A DNA stretch of 51,688 bases, filler included, from Dirinaria sp. TL-2023a (GCA_051941275.1; 3 parts of 3 records of this genome joined end to end with filler, not necessarily neighbours in it); one strand, 5' to 3'. Shown: positions 12,537 to 25,740, numbered from the whole stretch's first letter. Notes: generated from the letters alone by a model not told the origin. Numbers and translations: made by a program.

Positions 12537-13465
12537 CTACGAAGCCGGCTGCGGAACTTCCGCATACCCAAGGTCGTTTTTGTAGAGCGGGACAGCGGCC
12601 ACCTGTGCCGCCCACACCGGCCAGTCTTTTCCATAATTCGTATCGTCCATCGGCAGACAGCCGGCCACCTCTTGAGGACTGAGGTACTTGATGCCGCGAT
12701 CGATTCCTGAAGCATGACTGATGCTTAATGCCGTCGTCTCGACTTCGGCGTTCCAAATCGTGTAGACGGCGCGGTAGACCGCTTCTGGCAGAGAAGTGCC
12801 AAGCACGGCGAATCCGTGGCCTCGCTGCAGAACAAGGTTGTGGTCCGGGACGCTGATGTTTGTGCCGGATACGTTGTGAGTCGGCGTTAGGAACTCGCTG
12901 GCCAGAGCAGCACCAAGCCGGTTGGTGTTCACAAGCAAGTTCTGCGTGTCGTTCGGGAGGTAGTAGTCCGCAATATCGAAAACAGGGACTTCTTCGCCTA
13001 GACACAGAAGTCAGCAGGGCATTTGCTGGGGCTATATATATTTGCCTTGTAAAGAACTGATGATTCGTTTCTCGACCTACCGATAAATCCTCCAGCCATA
13101 TGATACGTGGGCTTGAACGGCACTCCGGCAATGCCGAATGGGATTACGGTCCTCGCATGGGAATGAACCACACTGTTCTGGCTAGGAAACCGCTTCAAGA
13201 TGCCCTGGTGGATGAACCTCTCGGAGTAGGGAGATAAATGGCCGCTGCTGGAATTGACAGGAGATCCATCATTGACATAGAATTCAGAGAGGTCTTCAGG
13301 AGAGCGGACCAGTGCTGGCGGCGGATCTCCAGTCATGAAAAACGTGGCATTGTTCACTGGATTGCGAACGCTGACGTGACCGAAACCGGTCAATATCTGA
13401 TAGTAGTCGAGGATGTGGTTCGCAGTGATAAGAAGAGAAAGCGTTTGAGTCAGATTGGCTACCAT
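12537..13465 (-). CDS. Class II aldolase/adducin-fold Zn enzyme, decarboxylase-like (exons 13465-13081, 12997-12537; ~281 aa)
   Basis: LITANHIL..GFGHVSVRNP, YSERFIH, VVHSH, VPVFDI, LLVN..LG.ALA and VLQRGHGF, giving the Glu plus three His metal ligands. The GTAGGT..CTGAC..TAG intron keeps frame. Confidence 0.88.
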
Positions 13466-14270
13466 GACAAGAAATAGATGTGATATGGATTAGGATGGCT
13501 TTTCTCTTGGACAGGGCAGAGGAAATTAAGAGTCGCTGTGCTATGGTTACATGACTTGGCACTTTTAACTCCGTCATCAATGACAGCAGCAGATTTTTGT
13601 GGGGGAAGACTTCAATGGTAGGTGGCGAATGAAGATTGGATCCGCCGGAACATTGGTATGAGGATTCGGATACTGTCGGAGGTATAGGCCATACAATCAC
13701 AGTGCGCCGGTCCTGTAGATCTTCGCCCAAGGCAAGTGATCATACTTCGAGCTCTTCTTCCGCATATCGGTCATCGTTAGCTGCAGAGACTAGCGAACTC
13801 TACTCTACCTCGATCTGAACGAATCCAAGCTTAAGGTCCTTCATATCGAGGTCCGTTCAGTGACTATGCCTCAGTAGGAATGTGCATGATACCTTATGAG
13901 CGAAGTTGGACCGGTCTTTCTTTTATGCTAGCGAGGTTATGGTAGTAAGATCTTATGGTAATGACAGTAGAGATGACTCGGATGACTGCTCGGGTCCTCG
14001 GGTGAAGCCGCTCCAAAGATCACGTGCTCGAGCTAAGCTCTAAGTTAGATGACAAGTTGCCAAGTTGCCAAGCATCTCCACCTCCATCTCGACCTTCCGA
14101 TGACTGCGTACCTACTTCACTTGTAGTTCTTGCTTTTTTGCGTCGCCGTCTTACTTAACTTCGTGTCGTTCGTTAATCACCAGATGCCTTTTCAGCTCTG
14201 GTGCTACCATTTGAGGCTTGCCTAGGAGGTTACGTTCGCTAACCCAACAGCATTCTCACGCCCCCCCACG

Positions 14271-15164
14271 ATGGGCCCCTCTTACTTTTTCTCCCTCGCC
14301 GCCGTCATCTCCCCCATCCTGCCATTGGTATCCGCCCAAACGACCCTCATATCAAACACACTTCCTGCGTGCGCCCAATCTTGTCCAGTGCTTCTTCAGG
14401 CTCAATCCGCCTGCGTCCCTCCACCCACCGGCGCCGCTGCGGTCTCGAATCAGCAGACCTATACATCATGCTTCTGCCAGTCCAACTACCTTGTACCCCT
14501 CAAATCAGGCTCTGCCAGCAATCTTTGTCCGACATGCTCGGCCGCGGATCTGAGCACCACACAGCAGTGGTACAACGGACTTTGTCAGCAGGGCGCTGCG
14601 CCAGCTAATAATAATAATGGTAATGACAACAACAACGGGCAGCAACCTGCCAAATCATCGTCTACTCTGACAACAAGTACGACGACGCCCCCTGCTTCAA
14701 AGCAGACGGGGTCGAATACAGCTGGTGGAGTCACTCAGGATACTTCGCCGCAAGACCAGAACAAATCTTGGTAAGTAGTACTCTCACTCTTGGTCTCTTA
14801 TGGCCAAGATGCTAAGATCTGCCTCAGGATTTCAACGCATTATCGCTGGATTATCATGATCATAGTCCTTTTCTTCGGTTTCCTCGCACTAGCCCTCGGA
14901 GGCCGATATCTACATCGCCGGTATCAACGCCGCGACGAGCTGGGAGGGCACAGCCGAACCGGTCAACCCGATCTTGGTTCGTGGGCTCCAGGCCAGAGCG
15001 TGCACGACTTTGCGCCTCCCAGCGCAGCCGGTGCAGTGGCAGAAAATGAGAAGGGCAAGCAGAGTGTGGGGGTGCAGGAGGAGCAGCAGCAGCAGCAGCA
15101 GCAGCAGCCGGCGGCGGCAGAGAACAAGAGGAGCAGCCGCAGGCTCAAGAAGCTTTGGATCTGA
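14271..15164 (+). CDS. Type I membrane protein with signal peptide, 8-Cys CFEM-like ectodomain, S/T/N-rich linker, one TM helix and poly-Q tail (exons 14271-14770, 14828-15164; ~278 aa)
   Basis: Signal peptide ending VSA-Q, LPACAQSC..C..CFC..CPTC..WYNGLC, TM WIIMIIVLFFGFLALALGG followed by basic residues. GTAAGT..GCTAAG..CAG intron in frame. Confidence 0.82.
15084..15107 (+). repeat. (CAG)8 coding poly-glutamine
   Basis: Directly visible. Confidence 0.9.
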
Positions 15165-17169
15165 ACAATGGGCAATGGCTGTAGGAGAAAAGCTGATTGG
15201 GGTGAGCGCGAAGCTGCTGGTGATAGGTTTGATGGGACTTTGGGCGTTCCAATTACAAGGCATATTCCGGGCGAGAAAAATGTTCCCGTCAGAATGAAAA
15301 TCATGATTTATGAGGTGTATAGATGGATTCTAATGGGTTGTCTGGCAGCTACTATAAGGCCTTTGGAGCGTATGTTGAAGGACAGCCCTTTATAAAGAGA
15401 TTAATCATGATTTCATAGTAGCTTTCGTCTCATTCATGGTGGTCAAGGTTTGCCTGTCCCTAATCCCTTATTGCCATGCCGCGCAGCTTAGTCTAAGGTT
15501 ACCTTAGGTACATATCGTTTGGTCTAGCGGGATACGGCCTACATGTACTACCTTAGGCGCGTCCGGTCCAGGCGTACTACGGGAGCTTGAGGAGCATTGG
15601 CAACTAACCCGTCAAAGCTTAACATCGCCAGATACAAGCGCGAAGCGCAGGCGATGAAAGTCCCCTGAGCTGTCTGGCATCGATGTCGTGCAATCTTCAT
15701 GTTTGCATAATGTAGGGGTTTGAGCGTCCTACTGTTGCTGATTATAGGTCTTCATATAGATGAAGCTACTTAACCTTTGCGCTTCCGTGGTGCGATTCCC
15801 TTCGCCACCATTCATTAGTTGGGATCATATCTGTTGGTGTTCCACCAGCCAATCATGAGACACCCTCATCGACTCGGGAATTGAAGTACGGATCTCGATG
15901 CTTTTCGCGATCCTCCTTTGCTAAAACGAAATAATTGCAAAACCTCGCTGTGCGGAGCCATCCACGAAGCTTCCTCCCAGTACACTGGCCGCGAGGACAT
16001 GATATGTTTGATCGAGCAAAACGCGGATGTACTCGGGCGATCCATTGTTCACCACAAGTCCGAGATTAACAGTGCTGGCATACGTCTGCCCAAACTCTTC
16101 AATGCTTCTTGATTCCAATGGAGAGCGCAAGGAGTATTCCATGGACAGCTTGCATCTCGGCGATGTGGCTCTTGTTGTGCAGACCATCTTAGAGGAATGC
16201 TTAACACTATGTACGTATGCTAACACCGGCTATCGAGGGTCGGATGACTGGCGGGAGATCTGGCGTTATTCATCTCACGCTTCAAAGATCATGGCCCATA
16301 TTCGTTCGACCTAGTAATAAGACAGGATACTCCAAAAAGACTTTAATTTCAAGAGAATGATATGCTCGCGTGCTACTTGCGATTGGGCAGGATCAACTGC
16401 ATAGTGCATACGATATGGGAAGCCGGGAATATTGATCTCTAAGCACCGATTCGTGTCCCACTTCTCCGCATCACCGTGGTGAAGCGTTGTCCATTAGGCT
16501 CTATGTTTCGCTGGTGGCGCTATCCTGCAGAGTTGCGTTATAAAATCCGGCTCTTGGTCTTGGACCGGAGAGCACACGAGCATTGCAGCCTTTTCAATGC
16601 AGCCACTTATCTGGGTGTGACTTTGATTTCAAAGAGGGCGGAATTGATCTTGGGAAGGCGGTAAACGATCTAGGTGGCCGCTTTTTCTCTCTCTTCAAAT
16701 TTGAACTATAGCCAACCCGTACGACATTCATGGTATAAAAGAAGCCTACCGAGGAATGATATGGTTCGAAAGATGTTTTCTTTCGAATGTGCTACCCTGC
16801 ACACTCCTGTCTTCTCGACTATCAAGGCACAATCTTTAGGCATGAATCCATTGGCACCGATTCTGTATGAGTGACTGTCCAGAGCATTGTACTTATTCAC
16901 TCGCTTGCAGATGATGAGGTCTATTATCACATTTCTGATAAACAGTCAGATGGGGGATGACTGTAAGCCTGCCTGCCCAGCCACAGCTTCGTCCCCTCAG
17001 CAGTGTCTGTGGATGCTGCATGTATGTAGCGCAATTTTCTTCAGTCTCGTACTCGTACAACCACACCTGTGTGTTCATACCAAGTACGCGTATCAGGGAA
17101 CACCTGGCTATACCACCACTTCGTCATTGTCCGGCTATCAAAGAGAGAGCTGGAAGCATACTTTAATCA

Positions 17170-17269
17170 NNNNNNNNNNNNNNNNNNNNNNNNNNNNNNN
17201 NNNNNNNNNNNNNTTAATTAATTAANNNNNNNNNNNNNNNNNNNNNNNNNNNNNNNNNNNNNNNNNNNN
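17170..17269. other. Artificial contig-joining spacer: 44 N + TTAATTAATTAA + 44 N
   Basis: Exactly 100 nt, with stop codons in all six frames, and identical to the spacer at 34431. Confidence 0.97.
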
Positions 17270-17547
17270 TCCTTCTCACTATTCCCTTCACCCGCCCGGT
17301 CCCGTTCCACCACCTCCTCCGCTCCCTTAATAAAGCCAACTTTAAGAAAAAGCTTGATGATCAAAGACCTTTCGATCTCCTTCTTGAATTCCTTCTGAAA
17401 AGTCTCTCCATCGATGATATTCTCGGCAAATTGTTGATGGAGTTGCTCAACGCGCGCCCCGATACGATAGCATTTCAGTGTGTTGGTGACTAGGAAGATG
17501 AGCTCGAGGAGGATGAGGAGATAAAGGATGGGTGTGTAGGTAGACAT
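17270..17547 (-). CDS. Small hypothetical protein with N-terminal hydrophobic anchor, 3' end cut by the contig gap
   Basis: MSTYTPILYLLILLELIFLVTNTL followed by a charged helical region. Open up to the N run. No family recognised. Confidence 0.35.
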
Positions 17548-19126
17548 CTTGTGTTTGCGTGAGGGAGTTTGGGGTTTGGTTGATTGGGCTGTTTTTCGGA
17601 GTTTTGAGTTGGTTCGATTTAGATTTTTGGACTTGGTGGTAATTGGATGGGTGGTTTGAGATCTGACGGGGAAAAGCTGGCAGATGTGGTCTTGATATAG
17701 AGTCCTCAGAAGGAAGGACATTGAGAATGACTAAAATGCTGTTCGAAGAAGTGATGTTGGCTCCATCGTCAGACATGGGTTTCAGAGTTTTGAGTAACAG
17801 TTCAATGAAGTGCTTTGTCTAGAGAAGCGGAATGAAGCTTTGACGTGTATCTTGCTAATGCTCATAGCAATGAATCATGTCGTAGAACATCTTTCATAAG
17901 GATTGAGATGGTGAGAAGTTGTTTAAGACTTGCATACTCATTAGATTCTCACAGAGAGACGCGCTATATGAATATCATCAGAATATTGAAGACGTCTGCC
18001 GCATCACTCTGAGTGATTTCGGCTGTATTGTGAGCATCAATGACTGCGTATTGATCGAAAAAAGAGGACGATTAGCTCTGTATAAAATAGTGAAAAGACC
18101 AAAGATTAGAATCCATAGTAGTTGGGACTATTAACTGAAACACGACGCTGAGACTGATTTCTTAGATTTTTCCTGAATGGAATGAAGCAGCTCCGCTTTC
18201 AGACGATGAAAGATGTTCATTCATATATGTGGTAGTCTAGAGTGTGGGATCCAATCATTGAATTTATGCTCTCAGCATGCAAAAATGACATCCAACTGTG
18301 GTACGTGTATAATTGATTGGGAAATCATTAATACCGCTTTTCCGATTACATAAGGTACGCTAGTGCTATTTAGCATCGTCACGTGATTTTAGAAGCCCTA
18401 AACTGCAGCACCAGACCATGGCCCCATATCTGAACAAGGTACAGTCTCAGAACTTACGTGGCGGAACATCCAGCAATATCTTCTCAAGATTAATGACTAT
18501 CTTTTAATCGTAGTATTGCTCGCAAGCTTCTCGCGGCAAAAATATCCCCGTACAGAGCAACATGTTGCGGAGCCGCGATTTCGCGGCTTTGGATATGACT
18601 CAAGGCTTTCACGTATGATCATAGTCTAATGTACGAGCTTTGCTCTTATCTTCGCCAACTCTGACATTGGGCTGCACTTCAAGCGAAGCAATCATGGCGA
18701 CAAAAAGATAAATTCTGGTTCCATGTGCATGTGAAGTATAGTATGATATTTGTTCCGCAAATTGAGATCAGGCTCTTCGAGGAATTCTGTTACTTTAACA
18801 CACCAATGCCGAGAAATTTCTATGGCGCACCTTCTTTTTGCATTTGGGATCAATCTGAAAACCTTGAGCAAATAGATATGTTTGAGACGCTAATAAATCT
18901 CACAATCATGGCGAGGGAATCATATCCAGCCACATATTACCAGAATTGTAAAGTCAGCTAGAGCAATAGCAGAAGTTTGTATTCGAGTCGTGAATAGTTG
19001 GCTTTTAACAGTACAAGCTGATCGAAACTGCATGGTCTTTTGCTGAGCTGTAGAGGTAAACTTCCATCCATGATCTGGTATGCTGAGCAATCAGCTACAA
19101 ACTCCGGGTCAGATGTTTTCCGCATC

Positions 19127-19669
19127 ATGTCAGCGGATCAAGTCACATCAGAGGAAGAATATAAACCCCTTGAAAGCTTCCAGAGCCACCCGTTTTTACC
19201 ACAGTCAAAGAGTAGCTTCTCCATAACTTTTGAACCCCGCCGCTTTCGCAGTCTTTCCAAATCTCAGTATTCGCTGCTAGTGAATATGGACATTCTCCAC
19301 AAAAACTTCACAGAAGCATCTAAAAGCTCTTTTACAAGTGCGACGAGGGCCGAGACTTTCGTTGTGATGGTGGCAGACCTGGACAAACCGTTGCTATCGC
19401 CAATACCTATCATCGTGTCTCTCAGGGACGAACTATCGAGGCTCCGAAGATTCATTGCGCAGCTTCTTGAACTTGACTATGTACCTATATTGATCCTAGG
19501 CTGGACAGCGCCTGCTGATAAATTTACCGGAATCGAAATCACGAACAGCACCTTTCTACCGATAATGAGGCTCCTGCAGAGTAGGCCTGGTAAGGATATC
19601 GTTATTCTCAAAAAGCTAGTGGGCGGCGCGGCAGGGGTGTACAAAGAACAAGGATTGGCAGCAAGCTGA
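19127..19669 (+). CDS. Hypothetical protein (start uncertain: 19127 or 19286)
   Basis: 209-codon open frame with a globular-looking C-terminal half (LGW..ITNSTFLPIMRLLQSRPGKDIVIL). No function recognised. Confidence 0.45.
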   Translation: MSADQVTSEEEYKPLESFQSHPFLPQSKSSFSITFEPRRFRSLSKSQYSLLVNMDILHKNFTEASKSSFTSATRAETFVVMVADLDKPLLSPIPIIVSLRDELSRLRRFIAQLLELDYVPILILGWTAPADKFTGIEITNSTFLPIMRLLQSRPGKDIVILKKLVGGAAGVYKEQGLAAS

Positions 19670-20807
19670 CAATTTTTCTTGGTTTCTGCCGGTTGCAAAT
19701 GCGGAGATTCTTAAGGCTTCATTATGACGAGAATCATGTGTAATGGCAAATAGAGAAATCATTTCCGAAATTTTCACACACATTGGATTTACCTAAATGC
19801 CCCATCATCTTCCGTCTCATCGATAAGCATCTAGCGAACACTAGGATGTGCACCTGTCCTTTCTTCGCGTAGCCTTGCCCACTTGGCGAGTTACGCTATG
19901 CCGTCTACTCAATGTATTCAGCAGTAGTCCGCATTCATATTTCTCCAAAACTCATCAACTTAAATACCATTGCTTAACATAGGTAGTTTTCAATGGTAGA
20001 AATGATGTATGCAATTTTCCTATTGTAAACTCAGCGCTTGTTAAATACCCCTGCGACAACCCAAGTGGTTTTTCCGGTTTAGCGAGTACTTTACAGATAT
20101 CGTTTTGCGGGCATAATTGAGGGGGCCCTTCAATATGCATATATATCTCTGTGAAGCGAGAGCGGTGTAGGGTAAATGAGCGGGTATGTGGTATATTGCC
20201 CCTCATCGCTGCGAAACAGAAGACGATAAGACAGAGGGGTGGAGTAGACTTTGTACTATGTTATGTATGGGCGCTCTGGGAACACATTCGACTTGGCAGC
20301 AACCGGTATGTCAAGCGTGCTTCTTACTACCTGGCTGCTTCTCCACATGCCATGAAATGGAAAGATTTAAAATGCTGCTTCCAAAGCACAGAAGCTTGGC
20401 AATCAAGTAGCGAGATTCAAGAACTAGTTTCACGAGCTGGCAACAGTCGCAAAAAAAGAGTATTTGGTAATGAGATAAGGGAAGTCTTGCATTGGAAGCA
20501 TTTCTGATTTGCTTAAGATATATCACAGTTTTCAGACGCTCTACTGAGGTCAAGATCATTCTTCTGGTTACTCTTTTGCTACACGAGTACCGATTATGTG
20601 GTTCGTTTGGAACAATGTACATCCACTGAAAGAATTTCGCCACCCAATTTTATCGCTGAGTAGGGTATCAGAACGAAGATAAAGGATAAAGAAATGTTGG
20701 CGGATTTAAGGTTTCCAGATGATGAAAGTCAATGAATGAAAGCCATTCGGGTCAGCTAATCCCATGCGGCAGGGTTTTAGCATCTCGAACGCTCGCGTTC
20801 TCCCAAT

Positions 20808-22333
20808 TCACTCAATAGCCCAAACCTTCTCACCATCGATTACCAGGCCGTTGCTGAAGCGCCGCCCACTCTCCTTTACGACTTTGACCTCTTTCCCCAG
20901 CTCACCCACAAGGACTCGGCCACTGCCCTCCACAAGCTGGATATCGCGTCTGACAAGGAGTCTGTCGCTGTCCCTCCGGGCCAAGACGGGCCGCTCGTCA
21001 TACTCACGGCACGCTAGATTCATCATACCGAGACCGAGGATTAGAACGAAAAGGCCTAAGCCTAAAGAGTAAATTTGATGCAGGGATATCGGCAAATTAA
21101 ACGGCGGTAGGATTCTGTTCGCTTGAGAAGTTACGGTCGATGCACCGGGAAAGCCGGCGTTGTTCGTCTTGCTTGCCGAATGGGTGACTGTTCTCGTCGG
21201 GCAAGCGCTCGGCGACAGGAGCGTGGGGTTGTAGCAGAGAGGTGAGGCTGAGCTGCTGCTGGTTTTGCTTGCGATAGGCTGTTTACTTGAGATGGATTGT
21301 GAAGCTGATGCTGTTGACCTTGAAGTTGGCGAGGTCAGTCGGGCAGACGTAATTGCAACGGTTGTCGAGGTCTTGCTTAAAGGGAACGTGAGAACGTATG
21401 TCGTTGAGGCAATCACATTCGGAGGCTCCGTTAGCGGTGGCGGGAAAATGAACGAAACCGCTCCAGAAGGCTTGGGGACAACCGTGACGAGTTCAACGAC
21501 TGTCGTGGATGACGTGTTCCTTGTTTGGGATTGGGTGCTGCGGCGCCCCCCTATGAATCGTGGTTCTGTGTGTGACGGAATATTTGTGGTAGTCGAAATG
21601 GCGGCGCTGTTGGAGGCATAGCAGCCCTGGCCGAAAGGAGGGAAGCTACGACAGTAAGGTACATCTGAAGGGCAGCACTGATGCTTAGGAGTGAAGGTAT
21701 TCGAACAGTTACCTCCGTCGTGGTCGTAGCACTTGGATGGTCCAGAGCAAGTTTTCCCATGAGGACAGCAGCCCGCTCCGTCAGGGCTGAACCAGCAGTC
21801 GGTAAGCTATGCAAGATATCAGTGATCTTGAAGGATTGGAATTGCAATTGCAATTGCAATTAAAGTTGTGATAGAACGCTTACTTTTGGGCAACAGGAGT
21901 CTCCGCAGCAGGTCTCCCCAAGCTCACAGAAGGTGTCCCCACAACATGAGTAATTCTTCGGAACACAGAAAGGAGCGATGTAGGTCGTTGTCGCGATGCA
22001 ACATTTATCTAACATTACATAAGGTCAACAAGCTTTATATCTCTCTTCGGAGGTTAATAAGTAGTACTTACAGTCAGGATCGAAACATTCGCAAGTCATG
22101 CCTCTCGCGCCTAGATCGTAAGCGCTACTAGGTAGAACCCAAGCATCACCAGCAGTCACGTTCCGATAGTAAGGTGCAGTGACAGTCAAATTTGTCGCGT
22201 GCTGGGTCACGTTGACGTGGAAGGGTTGAAGATCCAGGCTGAAGAATCCTGACTGGTGACCGGTTCTAGCTAAGCTTGATGTAATTAGGATTATCAGCGC
22301 AAGCGCGTAGAGCAAGACTCCAGATCCTGCCAT
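20808..22333 (-). CDS. Cys-rich, Ser/Thr-stalk, single-TM cell-surface protein (exons 22333-22072, 22008-21884, 21806-20808; ~461 aa)
   Basis: Signal peptide MAGSGVLLYALALIILITSSLA. Introns GTAAGT..TAG and GTAAGC..CTGAT..TAG join an ATG-less Cys-rich segment (KCC..FC..SCCGDTFC..TCCGDSCCPK-LTDCW..GCCPHGKTC..KC..NC..QCCP..YC..GCY) in frame with the 20808-21416 S/T-rich and TM ORF. Confidence 0.8.
21840..21861. repeat. Self-complementary tandem repeat AATTGCAATTGCAATTGCAATT inside intron 2 of the Cys-rich gene
   Basis: Perfect 22-bp palindrome, directly visible. Confidence 0.85.
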
Positions 22334-24109
22334 CTCTTGATACTGTGATGTCCTAAAGGTAGAGCATGAACAAAACCAAGATGAGTGTTTGCTACGTCGT
22401 TCAAGATTGTAGATATAGTCAGTGGTTGAATGAATGGGTCTTACAATGAGACCTCAGGTGAGTCAAGTGTGGTAACAACTGAGCGGAATAATGGCAAGGG
22501 ATTGATGCTGGCATGTTTGTTTACTTATCATGTCTATCGGGGTTGCTGGCAGTTAAGTAAGTCAGACTCACATAGTGAATTTGGCTCCAACACTAACAGG
22601 GGTTAGCTTCAGCACCAAAGAGAAGGGAAACAGGACAATAGGTATTACTAGGTTTGACTTCGGGACTGTACAACAGTAAGGTATGGAGGTTACCCGCTAT
22701 TGAAAGAAGCAGGACATGTCGCTCACCCAAGGTCAGGCACAGTCCGTCTGGACCAATTGGATCCTACCTACGATGTTCGAATAGAATTTTCAGTGCCGAG
22801 ACAATGATTGAAAAGTGAATACGCTTGATGTTTACGACTTTTCTGTGAGTAAATCAACTTTTTGATCATCTTCTTCACAAGTCGAGAGGGCTTTGAAACC
22901 TCCCGCTACATTCTCGATCAGTGGTTTCGGGATCGGAATTTGCGCGGCAGCTTCCACGATATACAGAGTACGCTGTGAAACATCACGTTGTCTGCGGCTC
23001 CTGTCCCAAAGCGCGGGTACCGGCCTCATCCCAAAATGCCACCTACTCGGGTACAACGATGCGCCTGACTGCATGGGTCATTGCATATTGCTTCCATTTA
23101 TCAATTTGTTTTACAGTGCGAATTGTCACGACAGGCTGGACCATTGTCATCTGTTTCAAGTGGACCTCTGAGCAGGCAGAGTATTATTTGTAGCTTCTGT
23201 GGACCGCCGCTCATCAAAACCGGTTCGAGGTAGATAAGTTGAAGCCAATTCAATTCTTTTTGAATGTTTTTCAGAAGTTTGAAGACCAGCCGAACTATGA
23301 TATCTCAGCCGTAGATGAGAGCTGAAACGCGACTATGTCCTAGCGACAGGGACATAATGTTTTTGAAGTTACAAATGGATGAATGGACATAGACGCTGGT
23401 GATAGGCCGCTATTGAGAGGCTGCGAGAGCTAATACTGGCTCCTAATTCGAGGGAGGAACGAAATATCAAATTGTATTCTAATCTCTTATCTGACCGAAA
23501 TCACGGCAGCATTTCTTGAGCAAACTCTGCTTAGCCATTTGTACATAGGGTATGATAGGAGGCGCAGTTTTAAGGCGACCGCAGCGAGCATGGCTCACCA
23601 CGGTACAGTCAGCAAAGGTGGTGAAGGTGAGATCATCCAAGTGTTCTATTGTCTCACGATATGTAATCAAAATAAGAGAAGGCTGACTGCACGCCAAGCC
23701 GGTTGAACCGGTTAGTGCTGATCCGGCAGTCTTGGCGAGAATCTTGGCGGCACTAGCGGAATGTTGACCGAGAAAGCCGGAAACGAGTACGGGTGGGGAT
23801 ACGTTAGTGTGACGAAGGTAAGAGAAGTAAGGTACCTTACCTGACAGGATTTCACCAGCCGGTCAAGCGTCATCAATTAGTCCATCGGGGCTTGGATACT
23901 CTCCATACATATGTAATGCTTTTCGCTGCTTGACTGGTGCGACCTTTGCCGGCGCTTACGGAATCTTCATTCACTCATTCTTCTTCCTGACTGGCGATGA
24001 TGTTTGACAACCTGTCTCACCCGCATTGCCACCTCTCCACAGCCGCCCATCCCTCATAATACCCACCTTGCCTCTCTCGCTCGCTGCTGCTCCAGCCTAC
24101 AGCTGCAGA

Positions 24110-25740
24110 ATGTCTGCAGTCTGGACATGGCGCACAGCGCGGGCTGTGTGCATGCTCTCCATGCTTCTTGCTACTGTCGTCGCCCAGACAGTGGTGCCCT
24201 CGAACTCCTCACTTCCTGCTAGCGAGCATCTGTACGCCCTGCAAGTGAGCCCGATACTAAGTTTTACCGTCTATCCGCTCACTGGCAATGCCCAGCTTGG
24301 CTCAGTATTATTCACTATACCGCTTGAGACTATTTCTTCACTAATAATTCACCCAGAAACAGTCACTTAAAGGACCGCTGGTTCTGGCCACGCCGCAAAG
24401 TCCCGGCAGTGTGCAGCAAGGAAGCATTGCCTACATCAGCTGCGAGCCGTCAGCCTACGCAGGAGGAAATATAGACGCCAACCGAACGATTAATCTAACT
24501 GTTCAGCGCGACCCTCAAGCCATCGTCCTGTTCAGCAACAAATCTGCTCATTGCGATTTCAACGGTACAGATTCGTTCCACAATGACGTGATCTATACTA
24601 TGACCGAGGCGCAAAACTCTTCACAACTACAGCTCCAATTGTTACAAGGTCATCTATCAGGCCCAGTCTCCATTCAAATGGACTCCGACAATGGCAACAA
24701 TACCGGTTCCGGCGGCAATCCGCAATTCAATGGTCACTCACCAACGACAGCTGTCGCCATGATCATCTTGTACAGTATTACTGGGATAATCACGGCGTTA
24801 TTCCTAATCATCATTGTCGTGGGAGCCATCCGAGCTCATCGACATCCAGAGCGGTACGGGCCAAGAAATATGATTGGACGAGCACGCCAGAGCAGGGCAA
24901 GGGGTATTGCAAGAGCTATGTTGGATACATTACCGATCGTCAAATTTGGAGAGAGAGAAGGCGACAAAACGACAGAGCAAGGCCGGGACGTGGAAATGGG
25001 TGGCGTCACCGGCGAACCTCAGACAACCCCAACGCCCGCCACCGAAAATGAACCAAAAAACCCCAAGACTCCGGATCCGCCAATAGGAGACCATACACAG
25101 CACCAGGAACCTGAACCGGTGACCACCGAGACCGCAGCGGGGGCAGACTCAATGGGAAACAATGCCGACAATGGATTGGCGTGCTCGGTCTGTGTGGACG
25201 ACTTTGTTAAAGGCCAAGATATACGTGTGTTGCCTTGCAACCACAAGTTCCATCCCGAATGTATCGATCCATGGCTGCTGAATGTTTCTGGCACTTGTCC
25301 TTTGTGGTAAGCTATATCGTCTTTGTGGATGTGAATCTTGCACTGACTTTTGCAGCCGGGTGGATCTCCGCCCAACAGCATCTCATACAAGTCAACACTC
25401 AGACCATACGAGTGGCCCCATGAGTGCCGAAGAGGATCCCGAAATCGTCACGTCAGGAAATCATGAAGCAGTCCGCGCATTGTCTGATCAACCTACTGAA
25501 ACGGGTACTCGCTCAGAGCGTCGTCGTTCTCGAACGGGCCTTTCCGCGTATCTCCAGCATACTTTGAACCGTGGTCGTATGCTTGACGCTACACCTGAAG
25601 AGCGGGTTGCCGCACTTCGTAGGCTACGTACCGTTGACCGCGCTAACGAGAGCGAGTCTAGCGGCGCCATAAATAGGCTCAGTGCGCGACTAAGTCGAGC
25701 TTTGGATGGAGAACGAAGAAGGGGATCTTATGCCGGATGA
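24110..25740 (+). CDS. Transmembrane RING-H2 E3 ubiquitin ligase with luminal PA-like domain (exons 24110-24304, 24357-25306, 25356-25740; ~509 aa)
   Basis: Signal peptide, IAYISCE, TM AMIILYSITGIITALFLIIIVVGAI, RAHRHPERYGPR, ARAMLDTLPIVKF and RING-H2 CSVC..LPCNHKFHPECIDPWL..TCPLCR, whose last Cys is completed by splicing. Confidence 0.9.

Noticed and set aside
15500..17169. Scattered short ORFs as a pseudogene or transposon relic; likewise 27800-29100 and 31400-33900
   Set aside because: No transposase, RT or other family motif, and no terminal repeats recognised.
17214..17225. TTAATTAATTAA as a biological palindrome or transposon target site
   Set aside because: Centred in exactly 44+44 N and duplicated at 34475, so it is an assembly linker.
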